Source: Adineta vaga
Taxonomy: Eukaryota; Animalia; Rotifera
DNA: 64,000 bases
NCBI GenBank assembly: GCA_021613535.1
Contig: CP075497.1
Span: 8,556,001 to 8,620,000 of the forward strand
Direction: 5' to 3'
Shown here: positions 1 through 15,423 of the stretch, in pieces
How positions within the stretch are numbered: the first letter of the stretch is position 1
Layout: each line of letters opens with the position of its first letter
Made by a program: the position numbers and the translations under genes
The notes under the pieces: generated by a model
Seen by the model: the letters and a program-made list of their open reading frames with translations, nothing else
The model's database searches: none
What the model was told of the DNA's origin: nothing

Positions 1-17
1 TTGATGAATATGAATAG

Positions 18-2492
18 ATCTGTGGTGATAAACAAACTATCGAAGGATCATTGAATGGTATACATAGTCGATTAAAATCTTATACTAATGATTTAATAAC
101 AATTCTTGACGATATTATGTAAGTCTTTTCATTTTGCTAGAAGATATTCATCACTCGATTGATAAATCTAGGTCAACCATTGAAGCATTTTACAAAACAG
201 AAAAACATACACATGAGGTAATCTTATTTTTCTTATCGTCTGTATATATGAATGCATTGAAATCTGTCCTACATTTTGAAATCACTATTCTTATTTTAGA
301 AAATGCAAGGAAGTTTGCAAAAATCTCTTGAACATGCACAAAGTCTTTCCTATCTTGGATCGAGGTATTCTGAGTGATAGAATCAAACTATTTGTTGCTA
401 GATTTCTTCCTCTTTTTTTTCTACTTGAAATTATTAGTTTGAAATTTAGTTGATTGCTTTCTTTTGCACATCTCTTTTGGACAGATATTTATCGAGTTTA
501 TTTACCATTTTTTAGTATTATTGGTTCCAGTTGGACAACAGCACTCAAAGAATTAACCGAACATTATTCTCAACGTGAAGCAGTTTATCCTGTTCTCAAA
601 CAAGTTATCTGTGAGAATCTAAAAAGAATTAAAGCAGAAAAACTCGATGAACATGGCAAAGTAAAAGCTCTATTATTTTGTACATCTTTTATTTCATATT
701 CACATCTAGGTTTTACTCTATGATGAAGAAATTATTAAAGAAATGGTTGATATCGAACGTCGAACATTGAAAAGTAAACGTGCATATGATGAAGCATGTG
801 AACGTCTACGACAACACTTGAATCCAGTTAAAGAAAAAGAAAGTGGAATCAAACGATTTCATTCCAAATTATTACCTAAAGTACAGAAAAAAGAATCGAA
901 TTTTTATCAATGAAACTATGAGAAAGAAACTTTTAGACAGAATTAGAACCATTAGAAAATGCAGTTATAGATACACGTAATATATATATATTATATGTTC
1001 ATGATATGAATTATGCATTGAAATTCTATGTCGAACAATTTATTGTTGATCTTGATAAAGTATTGATTAATTGAAAATTTTCTTTACTAATTTTCATTTT
1101 TGTTTAGTTACTTGTCTGTGATCTTTTTCCACAAATTGAAAAAACTCTACAAGATCTTGTTTATAGTGAATATGAACGTCTTCGTGATACACTTAAACGT
1201 GCTATTCATGCTGCTGTTGAAGTAAGATATTGAAATAGAAAGATATAACTATTCATTTTCACAATGTATATAGGATGGTGATGAACAAAAACGACGTATA
1301 TTACCTAAAACATTCCAAAATTATCCTTTGCTTCTTCTACCTGATCATGTAAAGAATAAAAATTATTTTGTTCATTGATCTTGAGCGATAGTTTTTACTT
1401 TGCTTCAGAGTGATCAGATTAATACAGATGACAAATATCTACCACAACTTACGGCAAGTTATGCGTCAGCTACTAATGATGTACGTGATGCTGATCAACA
1501 GATACAATTAGCTTTAGAAAATTCAGTTTTGAATGCTTCGCTAAATAAAGTAAGTGAATAGAGAATATTCCATATATATATATATATCTTCTGTTTCTAT
1601 TTAGGATTCCAGAATAGACTCAAGTAAAATACGACTGAAACGAATGGAGGTAACAACAATAATAATAGAAAGATCTGTATACTTGTTCTAGCTAGGAATA
1701 TTATTTTTTGATTTAGATGCGTAAATCAATGGCAATGTTCATTATTGAAACATTGGGTAATAATTGATCGATTATAAATTCTCTAAGAAATCGAATATAT
1801 TTAGAAACATTGGTACCAAATATAAAAACAACACCTGTAGCCACTCGCACTTCAACAAAATTGATCAATGGTTTAAAACCATTCATAACCAGTAACAGAA
1901 AAGTTAGTATTAGAAATAGAACTTGCACGTTTGAATCTATCTTGAAATTTAACTTCACTATTGCATTCTAACAAACGTTTAAAATAACTTTTATTTTATC
2001 TAGGAAACTAATATTACTAATCCATCGATTGATCCAATACCTTCATCACCACTTTCTGTAGATGTAAATATGTTCCTATGAATAACTATTTTATTTTATT
2101 TTTTTCAAGTCACTTCAGCTTGATAATACACGTGCACGAACAGGTTCAACATCACTATTTCCATGTCAGGCAGTTGTTCTATACGATTTCGAAGGAACTA
2201 ATGAAGATGAAATGAGTGTACGAAAAGATGATAAAATTTTTATTGAATCGAAACCAGATTATGAAGGTTGGCTCGTTGCTAAAGGACGTGAACGATCTGG
2301 ACTTGTACCTGAAGCATATGTTCAACTTATATCACCAATGGGTATTCCTACAGAACCAGGTTTATCTCTAAGACTATACTTTTACATTCTTATTTTCTTT
2401 TTTTAGTATCAGTCAAACATTCGAATTTTGAACAGAAGAAAACATCACCTCCAATTCGTGATGACGAAGCAGACTATTTTTCTGACGATTAA
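18..2492 (+). CDS. F-BAR/coiled-coil + C-terminal SH3 domain protein, multi-exon, 5' end outside window
   Basis: Many short exons splice into a helical region (e.g. EMVDIERRTLKSKRAYDEACERL, LENAVIDTRNIYILYVHDMNYALKFY). A clear SH3 follows at ~2161-2340 (AVVLYDFEGTNEDEMSVRKDDKIFIESKPDYEGWLVAKGRERSGLVPEAYV). Stop TAA 2490-2492; AATAAA ~2586. Confidence 0.75.
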
Positions 2493-2708
2493 ACATTATC
2501 TTCTATTTTTTTTCTCTTGTTTCGTTTTTTTTTTCTTTCATTTTATCCCGTCCGTCAGGCACATTGAGAATGTATGAAGAAATTTAATAAAAATGATTTT
2601 TTTTCTCTTCTTGATCATCGTCACGTATTGATATTCATGTTAGTATATAAATGAAGACAAGATAAATGAATATCAAACAGAGATTGCAAAGCATGCCTGG
2701 ACATTGCG

Positions 2709-3423
2709 ATGAAATGCCAACCAAAAGGTATACCTTTTGAAGATTATAGACCACCGAATTGGGATGAATTTTTTATGCTTAAAGTTTATTTAACAGGTAA
2801 AATGAGAATAAGAGTAGAATCTTATTGCTTATATATGAATTTATTCTAGCACAAAAATCAAAAGATCCACGAACGAAAATAGGTGCTGTTCTTGTCCGAG
2901 ATCGACGTGATTTAATCTCAGGATACAATGGAATACCTGAGGGTAAAATCTAACTTCAATTTATTTCGTTGTACCTTATTATTTTTTAAATTAAGGTGTA
3001 AAAGATTTACACGATCGATTCGAACGACCTGTCAAATATATGTTCTTCGAACATGCAGAACGGAATGCTATTTTTACTGCTGCTCGACATGGTATTCGAA
3101 CAGAAGGTGCAACATTATATGTACAAGCATTACCCTGTGTTGATTGTGCACGGTAACCAGATTCGATATTTTGTTTCATATGAATATACGTTTTCCTTCA
3201 AATCTATTTCAGTGCTATTATTCAAAGTGGAATTAGGAGAATATATGTTCATGAACAATTTTATAAATTAAGTACCAAGATAAATCGTGAAAAATGGATT
3301 GGTCATGATGATATAACCATGCAAATGTTTGATGAAGCGGAGGTTGAATTAGTGATGTTGAATCTACCCAATTTAAAAGTTGATGCTTATCTTGATGGAC
3401 TTGTTTATCATTTGGGTTGTTAA
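2709..3423 (+). CDS. dCMP (deoxycytidylate) deaminase, ComEB/phage-like type, 4 exons
   Basis: Spliced protein: RPPNWDEFFM..KSKDPRTKIGAVLV..SGYNGIP..HAERNAI..ARHGIRTEGATLYV..PCVDCARAIIQSGI. The HxE and PCxxC Zn motifs are present. First intron 2797-2849. Start codon uncertain (2709 or 2666). Confidence 0.9.
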
Positions 3424-3701
3424 TAGTAAATTTGTTTCTTTTTCTTTCTTTCATTAATAAATTCATTCTATTAAAACAGACTTGATTTGTCTACCAAGGA
3501 AGGATTTTTGAACAGCACTGTTTTTAAAAAGTCATCATGATGTGAGATGATTTATAAGTACAAGAGTTTTACTTTATTAATTCCATTACATGTATATAGA
3601 AAAGTATTATGATAGATAGATTGATTATTAAGTGCTGAGTTCATTGTTTTCGTTGCTTGAGCGTTTATGGTGCAACCGAAATTTTTACTTATATTCATAG
3701 T

Positions 3702-6700
3702 TTAGGTCATTGTGCCATTAGCAGCTGCTTCATCTTCTCTCAAAGCACGTTGATGCATCTTGACTAAAATAGGATTATTTAATGTTGCATTGAATGTACC
3801 ACGAAGAACAGTATCTTGTAATAATGGAGATAACTAAATGAAGATGAAAGAGAATGAAATGTATTTTTTCGTTCTAGATAGATAGGTTGCGTTTAGAATG
3901 ACTTACTTCGTAATCTGCGGGACCAGGCATTTTAGGGATTTCTTCTCGAAAACGTGATGCACGTACGGGTGCATATCCATGTGAACGCATTGTAATAAGA
4001 TTATCGTATGTACCAGGTCCAGGTGTATCAATCATTGTATCGCTAATGTATGTTCGTTTTGCAGCACTTAAGAATTGACTTTGTCGATGACGAGCTGCTT
4101 TGGTACGTGGTGATTTTCTCGGTTGATTTATCAGTGATTGATAAGCATGTGGAACATCGTAGGCAGCTGGACCAGGAATATCCTGTAGACAAGTCATCAA
4201 ACTTGATCAAATTCAGTCAAAATAATTGTTCATAACAAACCTCAATAACAATATCTCGAGCTGTATTGGAAGCAAAATTTGCTGACGGCTGTTCGGCTGC
4301 TGGTTTCGATGGTTCAGTTTTTACATCATAACTCGTTGGACCTTTCATTATATATATATATAAAAGTAGTAAAAATATTTTTGTCGATAGATAATAATGG
4401 ATTTTTACCAGGTTTATTTGTTTCATCTTTAGATACCATGTTCAATCGACGCATTGATGAAACATTAAATGGTGGTTTCTTTCCATTTTCTCTTCCTGTT
4501 TGTCTTAGATTTTCATCAGCAAATCCAGCAATCCGATATTGAGCTGGACCAGGTAGACTTCTCGATTTATAATTAGGAGAAACAAATCTTGCAGTTGTTT
4601 GATTGAATGGTACTCGTTTGATGCTTGTCGGTTTTATTTGACTACTATTAAATATTGATAGAAATTTATCATTATAAGCTCCTGGACCAGGTACAGCTGT
4701 GGAAGAATCACCAAAACGCTATAAAAAAGATGTAAATTTCAAGTGAGACACATAATAGTTATACTTGAGTTTGAGAACCGAATGGCGGTCGATCGATCTC
4801 GAGACCTGTTATTTCCGATTTCGATGGTTCTGGGTCAAGTTCACGTTTTAAAGAGTACTGACCAGGTCCAGGTATACCCTCAATTTGAAAATACAGTTAA
4901 AATAAGAAATGAACGATTCGATTTCTATTTACATCTTTAGCAGCTGTTTTCATCATACTTTCTGGATATCGTGGCAGTTGTAATTCAGAACGTTTATGGG
5001 ATATCTTTGTATTTATATTATGCATTTCTAATCTCACCGGATCAGATATATCATAATCACCTGGTCCTGGTCCTGGTTTAGCCGCAAAATCTGTACGTTT
5101 ACTAGAGTATTTACCAAAATGAACACCTTGATAGTGTTTTGATGGGTCATTTTCTACCTAAATACATCATTCATATGCAATTTATACACGAATAAATAAA
5201 AAATAATAAGTATACATTATCTTTTATAGTTGGAAGATCTTGAACTTCTCTATTATCTGCCATATTTTTATCATGTGGAATAAGATTTCCTTCTTCATCT
5301 TCTTCAAAACCATAGGAATATTTTGGATCAGGAATTGATGGTGGTAAAGATTTACGAGTTATTCTTAATACATTATGACGTGGAAACTATTCAAAAGAAA
5401 GATGGCGAAGAAGAGAAAATTGGTTTTCTTAAATTCTATTTTGAAAATGAAAACTTGCTTTGGTGAGATCGTGAAGTGTTGTGCGAGGTGATTCATTCGA
5501 ATATAGCTCATATGAACCAGGTCCTAGGAAATACTTTTATGAAACTAATTCTCTATTTTTCGAAGTCTACCTGGTGTCTCAATGGATGATTTTTGTTGAA
5601 AACGGGTTGTTCTACTTGATAATGAACATCCTCCCTAAAATAAAAACTTAGTTTTTTTTTTCAAATAAACTTTTTATTATTTAATATACAATTAGTCATA
5701 GAATGCAATTTTATTTATTGAATAATCTTTTGCATAATATGTAAATTAGCTTTAAGATGTCAGCGAAAAGAGATTAGTCAAGTTCAAGAATTTGACATTA
5801 CTTCTGTGAGTACAAGCCTATTTGAGGGTAGATTTGCTTTTTTCACCTCAGTCATTAAGTAACCAAAGGAAAGTATATAAAAGAATCTGACTAACATAAG
5901 GCGGTGTATTTTCAAAACAATATAATGATGATGATGAATACAATGGCGATGTTAGTTTTCTTTTACTTTGATATTTTCGTCATTAATATTCTTGATATTG
6001 ATGAACCATTTTATTAAGTAGAACTAATGATATATTTATATAAACAATTACGTGAAACGAATGAACAATGTTATGAGAAAATAATGATTAAGTTTTATGA
6101 TGATAAATATCTCTAATAAAACATCGATTAGATCTGTTGTGCTTAATCAACACTTCGATGTGACAAGAATTACGAAGCTTTTCTTCTCTTGTCTGAAGAA
6201 AGAACAAAAAAATTTTTCCGTAAATCAAATCATACAGAAAAATATTGCCTAAATCTGACAATATAAGAACTAAGAAACCTTTGAACCTCCGAAACTTATT
6301 TTAAGAAAATAAAAGACGAAAACTCTGATTGCGGATATGCTTTAGAATAGCTATCAATATGATGTCCTATATTATTTTTGTAATTAATTACAAATCATTC
6401 TTCTCTTCATCCAATAGACAAGCAGAAATAAACATATCGTTTTCTCTCTCTCTCTCTTCCCTCTCTTTCGCTCTCTCTCTTTCTCCCTCTCTCTTTTATC
6501 CTTTCTCTTTTTTTTACTTTCTTCTATAAGACGGAAGTTTAAAAGAAGAACTTGCGTTCATTTTTTCTTACCAGTTCTGTGAACACGCAAAAACAACTAT
6601 TCAATAAATACTTCTCATCTAAAACAATGCTGAAAACAATGATCTCTATAGAAATCTTATTCATCATGTGCGTAACATTAACTTATGGTAAACCAAGTAT

Positions 6701-7802
6701 TCTCGATGATCAATCAATTTCTTCAAATGCTATATTTTTAAAACCAAAAGCAAACATAATGCGTCGTCTCAATCCATTAAAACTTTTCTTTACGGTAGCT
6801 TATGTTCCCGAACGAAATCCACAATATTCAGTTGAATGGAATTTCCCACTTTTGCAAACAATGCTATTGGAAAGTTCATTTGTTACAGATGAAGATAAAG
6901 CTTCATTTCTTACGGAATTCAGTGAACAACTGTCGGATTATGCAAACTGGTCTGATGAGAAACATAATCAATTGGAACGTTTTACTGAAAAATATTTTAA
7001 TCTCTACAAAACTCCCGATACATTCTTGCCATTTGTCGATTGTACTGCTTTAACTTATGCTCTTACAGATGAAATGATCAATGATATTCATCCAACAATT
7101 GATCAACAAAAACGAGCTGAGGTTCGCAACCGAGCAGTTGCACGTTTATGCGATGCTGCATAAAATATTTTATATCTGAACTCAAAAAAAAAATATCTTG
7201 CGATTTTCACTTGGTATGTGAAATAAATATTTTGAAAAGATGAAGTAGAATTCATTTGACTTAAAATGATTATCTTTTCATCGAAAAAAAAACTAAGATT
7301 TTTCTATTGCAAAATAAAAATAAAAAATTAATCAGAGCAAACTTATTTCCGTTTGAAAAAAAAAGGAAATCAAGACACGGAATGCATCAGCACGAATTCA
7401 TTTTACCAGGAAAACGTTTGGATTTCAGTGAGCTGTTCTCATGCATGTATGATCAGTGAAGCCAAAAAAAGCGTTTATTTAATAATATTTGAACTAATTT
7501 TCAAACAAAACTAAACGTCTGCTCACTTACTTTAATTTTTGGAGATGGTAAATCATAATAACCTGGCCCTGGACAGTCATCGTTGGAGAAAATACCACTA
7601 CGATTGGAAAGCGAGAGAAATGGTGCATAACCCTCTATATAAAAACATTTTCAATCAATCATCAAAAATCTATTTTATCAATGAAAAGAAACAAACCATC
7701 ATGAAGTTGTTTTCGTCGTTGATGATGATAACTACCTGGTCCAACATGATCTGGTGTACAACCTACAGTTTGTCCCAATGTACGTACTGCACGATCATAC
7801 AT
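3702..7802 (-). CDS. STPG2: Sperm-tail PG-rich repeat protein 2-like (SHIPPO/ODF3 repeat ciliary protein), multi-exon
   Basis: Exon 1 MYDRAVRTLGQTVGCTPDHVGPGSY and exon 2 YAPFLSLSNR..CPGPGYYD resemble the STPG2 N-terminus. Many PGPGxY repeats follow (PGPGSYE, PGPGDYD, PGPAAYD, PGPGTYD, PGPADYE). Intron 2 spans 5635-7530. Confidence 0.8.
6443..6532 (+). promoter_or_regulatory. (CT)n tract and TATA-like box upstream of nested gene
   Basis: CT-rich microsatellite followed by CTATAAG ~100 nt before ATG 6627. Confidence 0.4.
6627..7163 (+). CDS. Intronless secreted hypothetical protein (~178 aa) nested antisense in STPG2 intron 2
   Basis: Long stop-free ORF in AT-rich DNA. It has a signal peptide (MISIEILFIMCVTLTYG-KP), two Cys in the mature C-terminal half, an upstream TATA and a downstream AATAAA ~7222. 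Confidence 0.75.
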   Translation: MLKTMISIEILFIMCVTLTYGKPSILDDQSISSNAIFLKPKANIMRRLNPLKLFFTVAYVPERNPQYSVEWNFPLLQTMLLESSFVTDEDKASFLTEFSEQLSDYANWSDEKHNQLERFTEKYFNLYKTPDTFLPFVDCTALTYALTDEMINDIHPTIDQQKRAEVRNRAVARLCDAA

Positions 7803-9769
7803 TTTCGAAGAAATTTATTTATCTAGAAGTCTTTACAGATATGAAATCTAATTAGATAAACTGGACAGATTATAATTGTTTATAGTGTTTTGAAACATTT
7901 TTAATGTAAAGTCATGAATTAATCTAATGGATGCACGTCACTTTTTAGTTCTTGAATTTCTATTAAGTATTAATACGTTTACATAAAGACGTCATTTGTT
8001 AGACTACTATTCGAGAAATGACATAACATCATATTAACTTATTTTTTCAAGAATACTATTTAACCAGAGAATAAAAAGTATTTTTGAAAGAAACTATCAG
8101 AATTGTGTTAGTTTTATTATTAAAAATTATTTGTTTATCACTTATAGAATTTAATGTAGCATTAATACTCAATTTGACATAATTGAATAGAAAACGTCGT
8201 CTTCGATTTTGCTTGATCAATTTCTTGTGATATTTAGCCAATGAAATTCGATTTCTCGACTTCATTATTCTATATTCTGTTAAAAAAAAGACAAAATCAC
8301 AAATCACTTTTGCTTAGAAACATATTCTGTATCTTTATCAGAACGAGAAAATGGTCTATAAATAAAAAAGATGTAATCTTTCATTCTGTGCATATTATCA
8401 GCTTAATGTTGACGTTCATAAAGCTACCCCAACATCAGATAATACTTGTGATTTTAACAAAAATTTTTTTCTAATTTCTTATCCTACGATGACAGTTTAA
8501 TAATATCACATAGCAACATACCATTAGCTTTGATCTTAAACTGTTTAAACATCAGAATTATATACATACGTCAGTTGTGGACAAGAGAGAAAAAGTAGAA
8601 CGAGAATTGAAATTCGTATGAAAATGTGACTTGTTTATTGCAGATGCTCTTGGCACATTAATGCAAAAGTATTTTATTATTTTTATACTTCATACACGAA
8701 AGAATCGAAAAATAACATTAACTAATGCAATGCTAAGCCGACATCCATGATGTAAACAAACTGTTGAAGAGTCTATTTTTTGCACTTCAACTTTTTCTTT
8801 TGCTTATTAGTAAATATGTTCATATTATTCATACTTTGGTGTTTCGAATATTGATTTTTAAATTGAAAAAGACGAATGAATATATTAATCTCCTTTGTTG
8901 TTACTGGGTACTATTGAACTACATTTTTGAAATCACATGAAATTGCGCAGTTATCTTACAGAGTAGGAAATACGTTTGATTGTCAAATGATTATTAGCGT
9001 TCTGAATAGTCTGATTTAATCAATCGAAATCGATCTTTTTCTGCTCTATCAATTTGATCCATTGAAAGCATGCAATTCAGAGGCCAAAAGTACGCTTCAT
9101 CTCTATGTCACTACAACAACCAAGGCGAAGATTTGAAAAGAATTTGCAAGAAATATCTATTATGCGTATCAAAACAACACTTTCACTAATTGACATGCAA
9201 CTATTAGCATATATTGTTGCATTATGATATTATATATACGTTTCTTGTCAATATGGGTCAATGATGATGATGAGATTGCACAATTTCGAAACTTGTATTT
9301 CATATGTTTTAGTCAAGTATGAATGATTTCTATAATTAAAATAAGAACCTTCGATCATATTAGAACTTTGTTATCTTGAAATATCTTATCTGAAATATGT
9401 TGCCATAACGATTTACCAAATGCATAAACAACTAAACAAACAAACTTGACGTATACATTTTCATTGGTTCGCTTTAGTTCCAATGAGAACCTCTCCTACT
9501 ATCTTTCTTTTTCGATTCGTTAAATCTTCTACTCTGTACTTTATACACTCTATTCTATTCACTTCTCTCTCTCTTTTTATTTTTGCATTGATATCTTTCA
9601 TAAGTATTCAGGTGATTTAACATATTCTATTTTCTATCTTGATCATTATTCAAAAGATGCTTTATCAATTCTAGATAGACAAAATTGACTATGCACTGAA
9701 AAAGAACGCGTACTATTGATTTGACAGTGAATTGTTTTCTATCTTTTTTTTCTTTCCTTCAATAAAATC

Positions 9770-12257
<2,488 letters not shown>

Positions 12258-15200
12258 GTGTTCGAGGTAAAAACATAACGACACTTTACAAAACAAATCA
12301 TATGTTTCTCTATTATGTTTTTTTTTAGTTGATATGACACATCGAAATCCCATTTAGTTTTTTTTACTCTACTTTACTTATTTTTTCCGAGGACTAGAAA
12401 AATTTGTTATCACTATTGTTGTTCTTTTGTTTTTTTTCTTCATCTTCTTTTATTTTACCTCTTGTTATCAATGGCATGGTATATATCTATCTCCACTCGT
12501 TTTTATTAACTTTTTCTTCCAAATGATATTGTTTCTTGTTTGCTACTATGATCACAATGAAGAAAAAGTTCTAGGCACTTGAATTATTCTCTTCTTGAAA
12601 TATATTCACAGAACATAAATATATACGCATCTCTAATTACTATTGTATGCGTGCTCAATCGTTTTTTGTTTTGTTTATATTTTCTTGTTTATTGATGACA
12701 AGAATATCATGATGATTATATTCTAAATCTATTTATTTTACCGGTAAAATATCTGACATAAACAATGTATTCATAGATAAAGTATTGAACAAATAGTAAA
12801 GATGGACAGATAGATGTTTGATGAACCAAGCTAGAATTACATAAAAAGACAATGATTAATAGACTTTAAATTAGATGTATTGTGATGCACGATTGCAGGT
12901 TATCTTGAGTCATTCATACTCATGACAAACGTCTTATCTCTTGTCGAAATGAAAAATTATGGATAAAAAACGAGTTACACATCCGTTCGAAATATAATGT
13001 CGACGTTCACCACGTAGTGTCCTTAAAGATTCTATGATATTCATTACCTTCTTGTTGTTAACACGCATAAAATTCTAAAGCATTTACTAAAAATACAATT
13101 GAAATTTAAATCGTAAGAAGATAATAATGAATCAATTTACCTGTGTTATAACAGATGAACGTGAAGAAAAGAAACCATAGAATAGACATTTTTATTCCAA
13201 AAGAAAATCAAGCTAGTAAAATGATTTGCTGACTATACCGTTGAAATAAATAAGATCAGAGATGTGTTGTTTGACAATGTATTGCACTTTTCGATAGGTA
13301 CGAACTATTGACAAACAATGGTCAAAAGAACATGTAGGAAGAAATAGATTAGGCGACATCTGTATTATTTGTAATTCTATAGATAATATTATGACCAGGT
13401 CCACTGCTGTGATCTAAATCTTCTGCACTAATCAGTTACTTTAATTGTTATCGAAACATATTCTGTTCATAAGCTGTCATACGATTTTATTGCCGAAAAA
13501 AGATATTAATGTATGGCACAGTTCAAGTTATATCTATTACTCCATTGTTTTCAAAATAGTATATTTTCCAAGTCTTATGGTATACACCATATGCTATATG
13601 AACTTACAAAAGGAAATAAGCAAGCTGTTGCATTCTAAAAATCATATCTAAATTTCATTTATTTGATTGCAAATTAAAACAATAAATTATTTTATTCAAA
13701 ATTATACATCGAGAATTATGGTACATATCTATAAACTAATGTTTCTTATCATGAATTGTCAAGAGAATCAAAAAGAAATACATAATATCTCGACATTTGG
13801 ATTAATCATCAGTAATGAGATTACTATTTATATATTTATCAATGAAAAGTGTTGACGTCGTTTCTATACTGAGTAAATGCTCTACTGTTATCTATTGTCG
13901 ATATAGAAAGATTTTCCTTTCTTGAAACCATCATGATATTTGTTAATATGAAATTCAACGACTGAAAAGATGTTTTCTTCATTGATAATAATTATTGTTG
14001 TTCATCAAAACACTCAAATATCTGACATTGAACATCACAATCAAGAGAATAACATTCTCGAAAGTCATTTAATTCAACACGATTTCCTGTCGATGTGAAT
14101 GAGAATATATAAATAGATAATAGTCATATTTAAATAATTATTTATTCAACTATCATCACGATTGATTGTTGAAAGAAAACTAAAATAGAGAATTATTGTG
14201 TTCATATTTCGTAATATCTTATACGAAAATAAAAATAATTAAAAAGCATAGTCACATTCGGTTTGCTGTATATAGACTGTGGGGAATATATTTCAATCAT
14301 TGCTTGCGTAAATTAGCTGACAAAACGATCTCATACATCATTGAAGCAATCCAAATTACATTTTATGTTCGACGTTTGCTGCAATCATTTTGTCAAATCT
14401 GTATATATATATAACTGTAAGTGTTGATCGAGTGATTCATCATGTGAAAATAGTATCAATTGGATTGAATCAATAATTTCATTTGATTAAGTGGCAATGC
14501 GTTAAATGAGCAATTTGTTCAATCTCATAAATATAATCATGTAGGAAAAAAAAGAAGAGATTTAGAGCCAATTTTATGTCTTCTTATATGTATTCTATCA
14601 GCAAGAAAACATCGTCGATAATTAGATGGAATTTGAAGGACAATATGCTATTCGAAAGTGACATTTGTTAGCTCACTTGATATGAGATAGTTAATATTCC
14701 AATTAAGATGATATAACAGAATCTTCAGTAACAAAATGTAGTTGATTTTTTGCGCCAAAAAAAAAGACTTATATGATAGTCATTCTGGTGATCTAACATT
14801 AAGTACATGTCATTAAAATGACTAACAGATCCATCGGGTACAATGTAAATATAAGATGTCAATTTATTCATCTTTCTTTGCGTTTTAAAGCAAATAAAAT
14901 ATGTTTGCATTTGAATAGAAAATCATTCAGTCTATCAAGGATACGAAATAACTGTCATCGAACAAACCGAAAATGATATTGCATATAAATAGAAACCACA
15001 AAATTCGCTGCTTCCACTATCTACATATATATTGCTAATGTTTTATGTTAGATCTGAAAAATCTGTCTATGGATAACTGACAGACGTCATCACCGTTCTA
15101 TAGAACAGAATATATATGTTCTGCAGACAATTGCGCATAGTATGGAACTTCTGCCTACTGAAAAGATACAAAGAGTAAGCTATGGATAGCTCAAGGTTCG

Positions 15201-15423
15201 TTTCGACAAGTTCTATACATAGAAAGAAAAAGTATACGTAATGATCTTTTCCTTATCTATCTTTTCCAGGTTTTTTTTCTCCTGTTGAGTATAAATATAC
15301 GTAACAATCTCCCTTAGGAACAAAAAAAAGAAATATTAGTTCTTCTACCACAGAGATATCCAGTCAGTACATAATTCATCCATATCATATCAAGTACACA
15401 TACGCGTTCTTTAAAATACGAAC

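Noticed and set aside
1713-1958. 81-aa minus-strand ORF
   Set aside because: Antisense shadow over small exons and introns of the F-BAR/SH3 gene; non-ATG start, no motif.
5900-6110. Coding-like fragments in the STPG2 intron (..LYKQLRETNEQCYEK..)
   Set aside because: Interrupted by stops and not assignable to any family or transposon by eye.
8056-9300. Short ORFs and possible decayed coding relics between STPG2 and S6K
   Set aside because: No recognisable motif, terminal repeats or consistent splice structure.
12700-15300. Several 60-72 aa ORFs in the intergenic region
   Set aside because: I/F/K/Y-rich composition typical of chance ORFs in AT-rich DNA.
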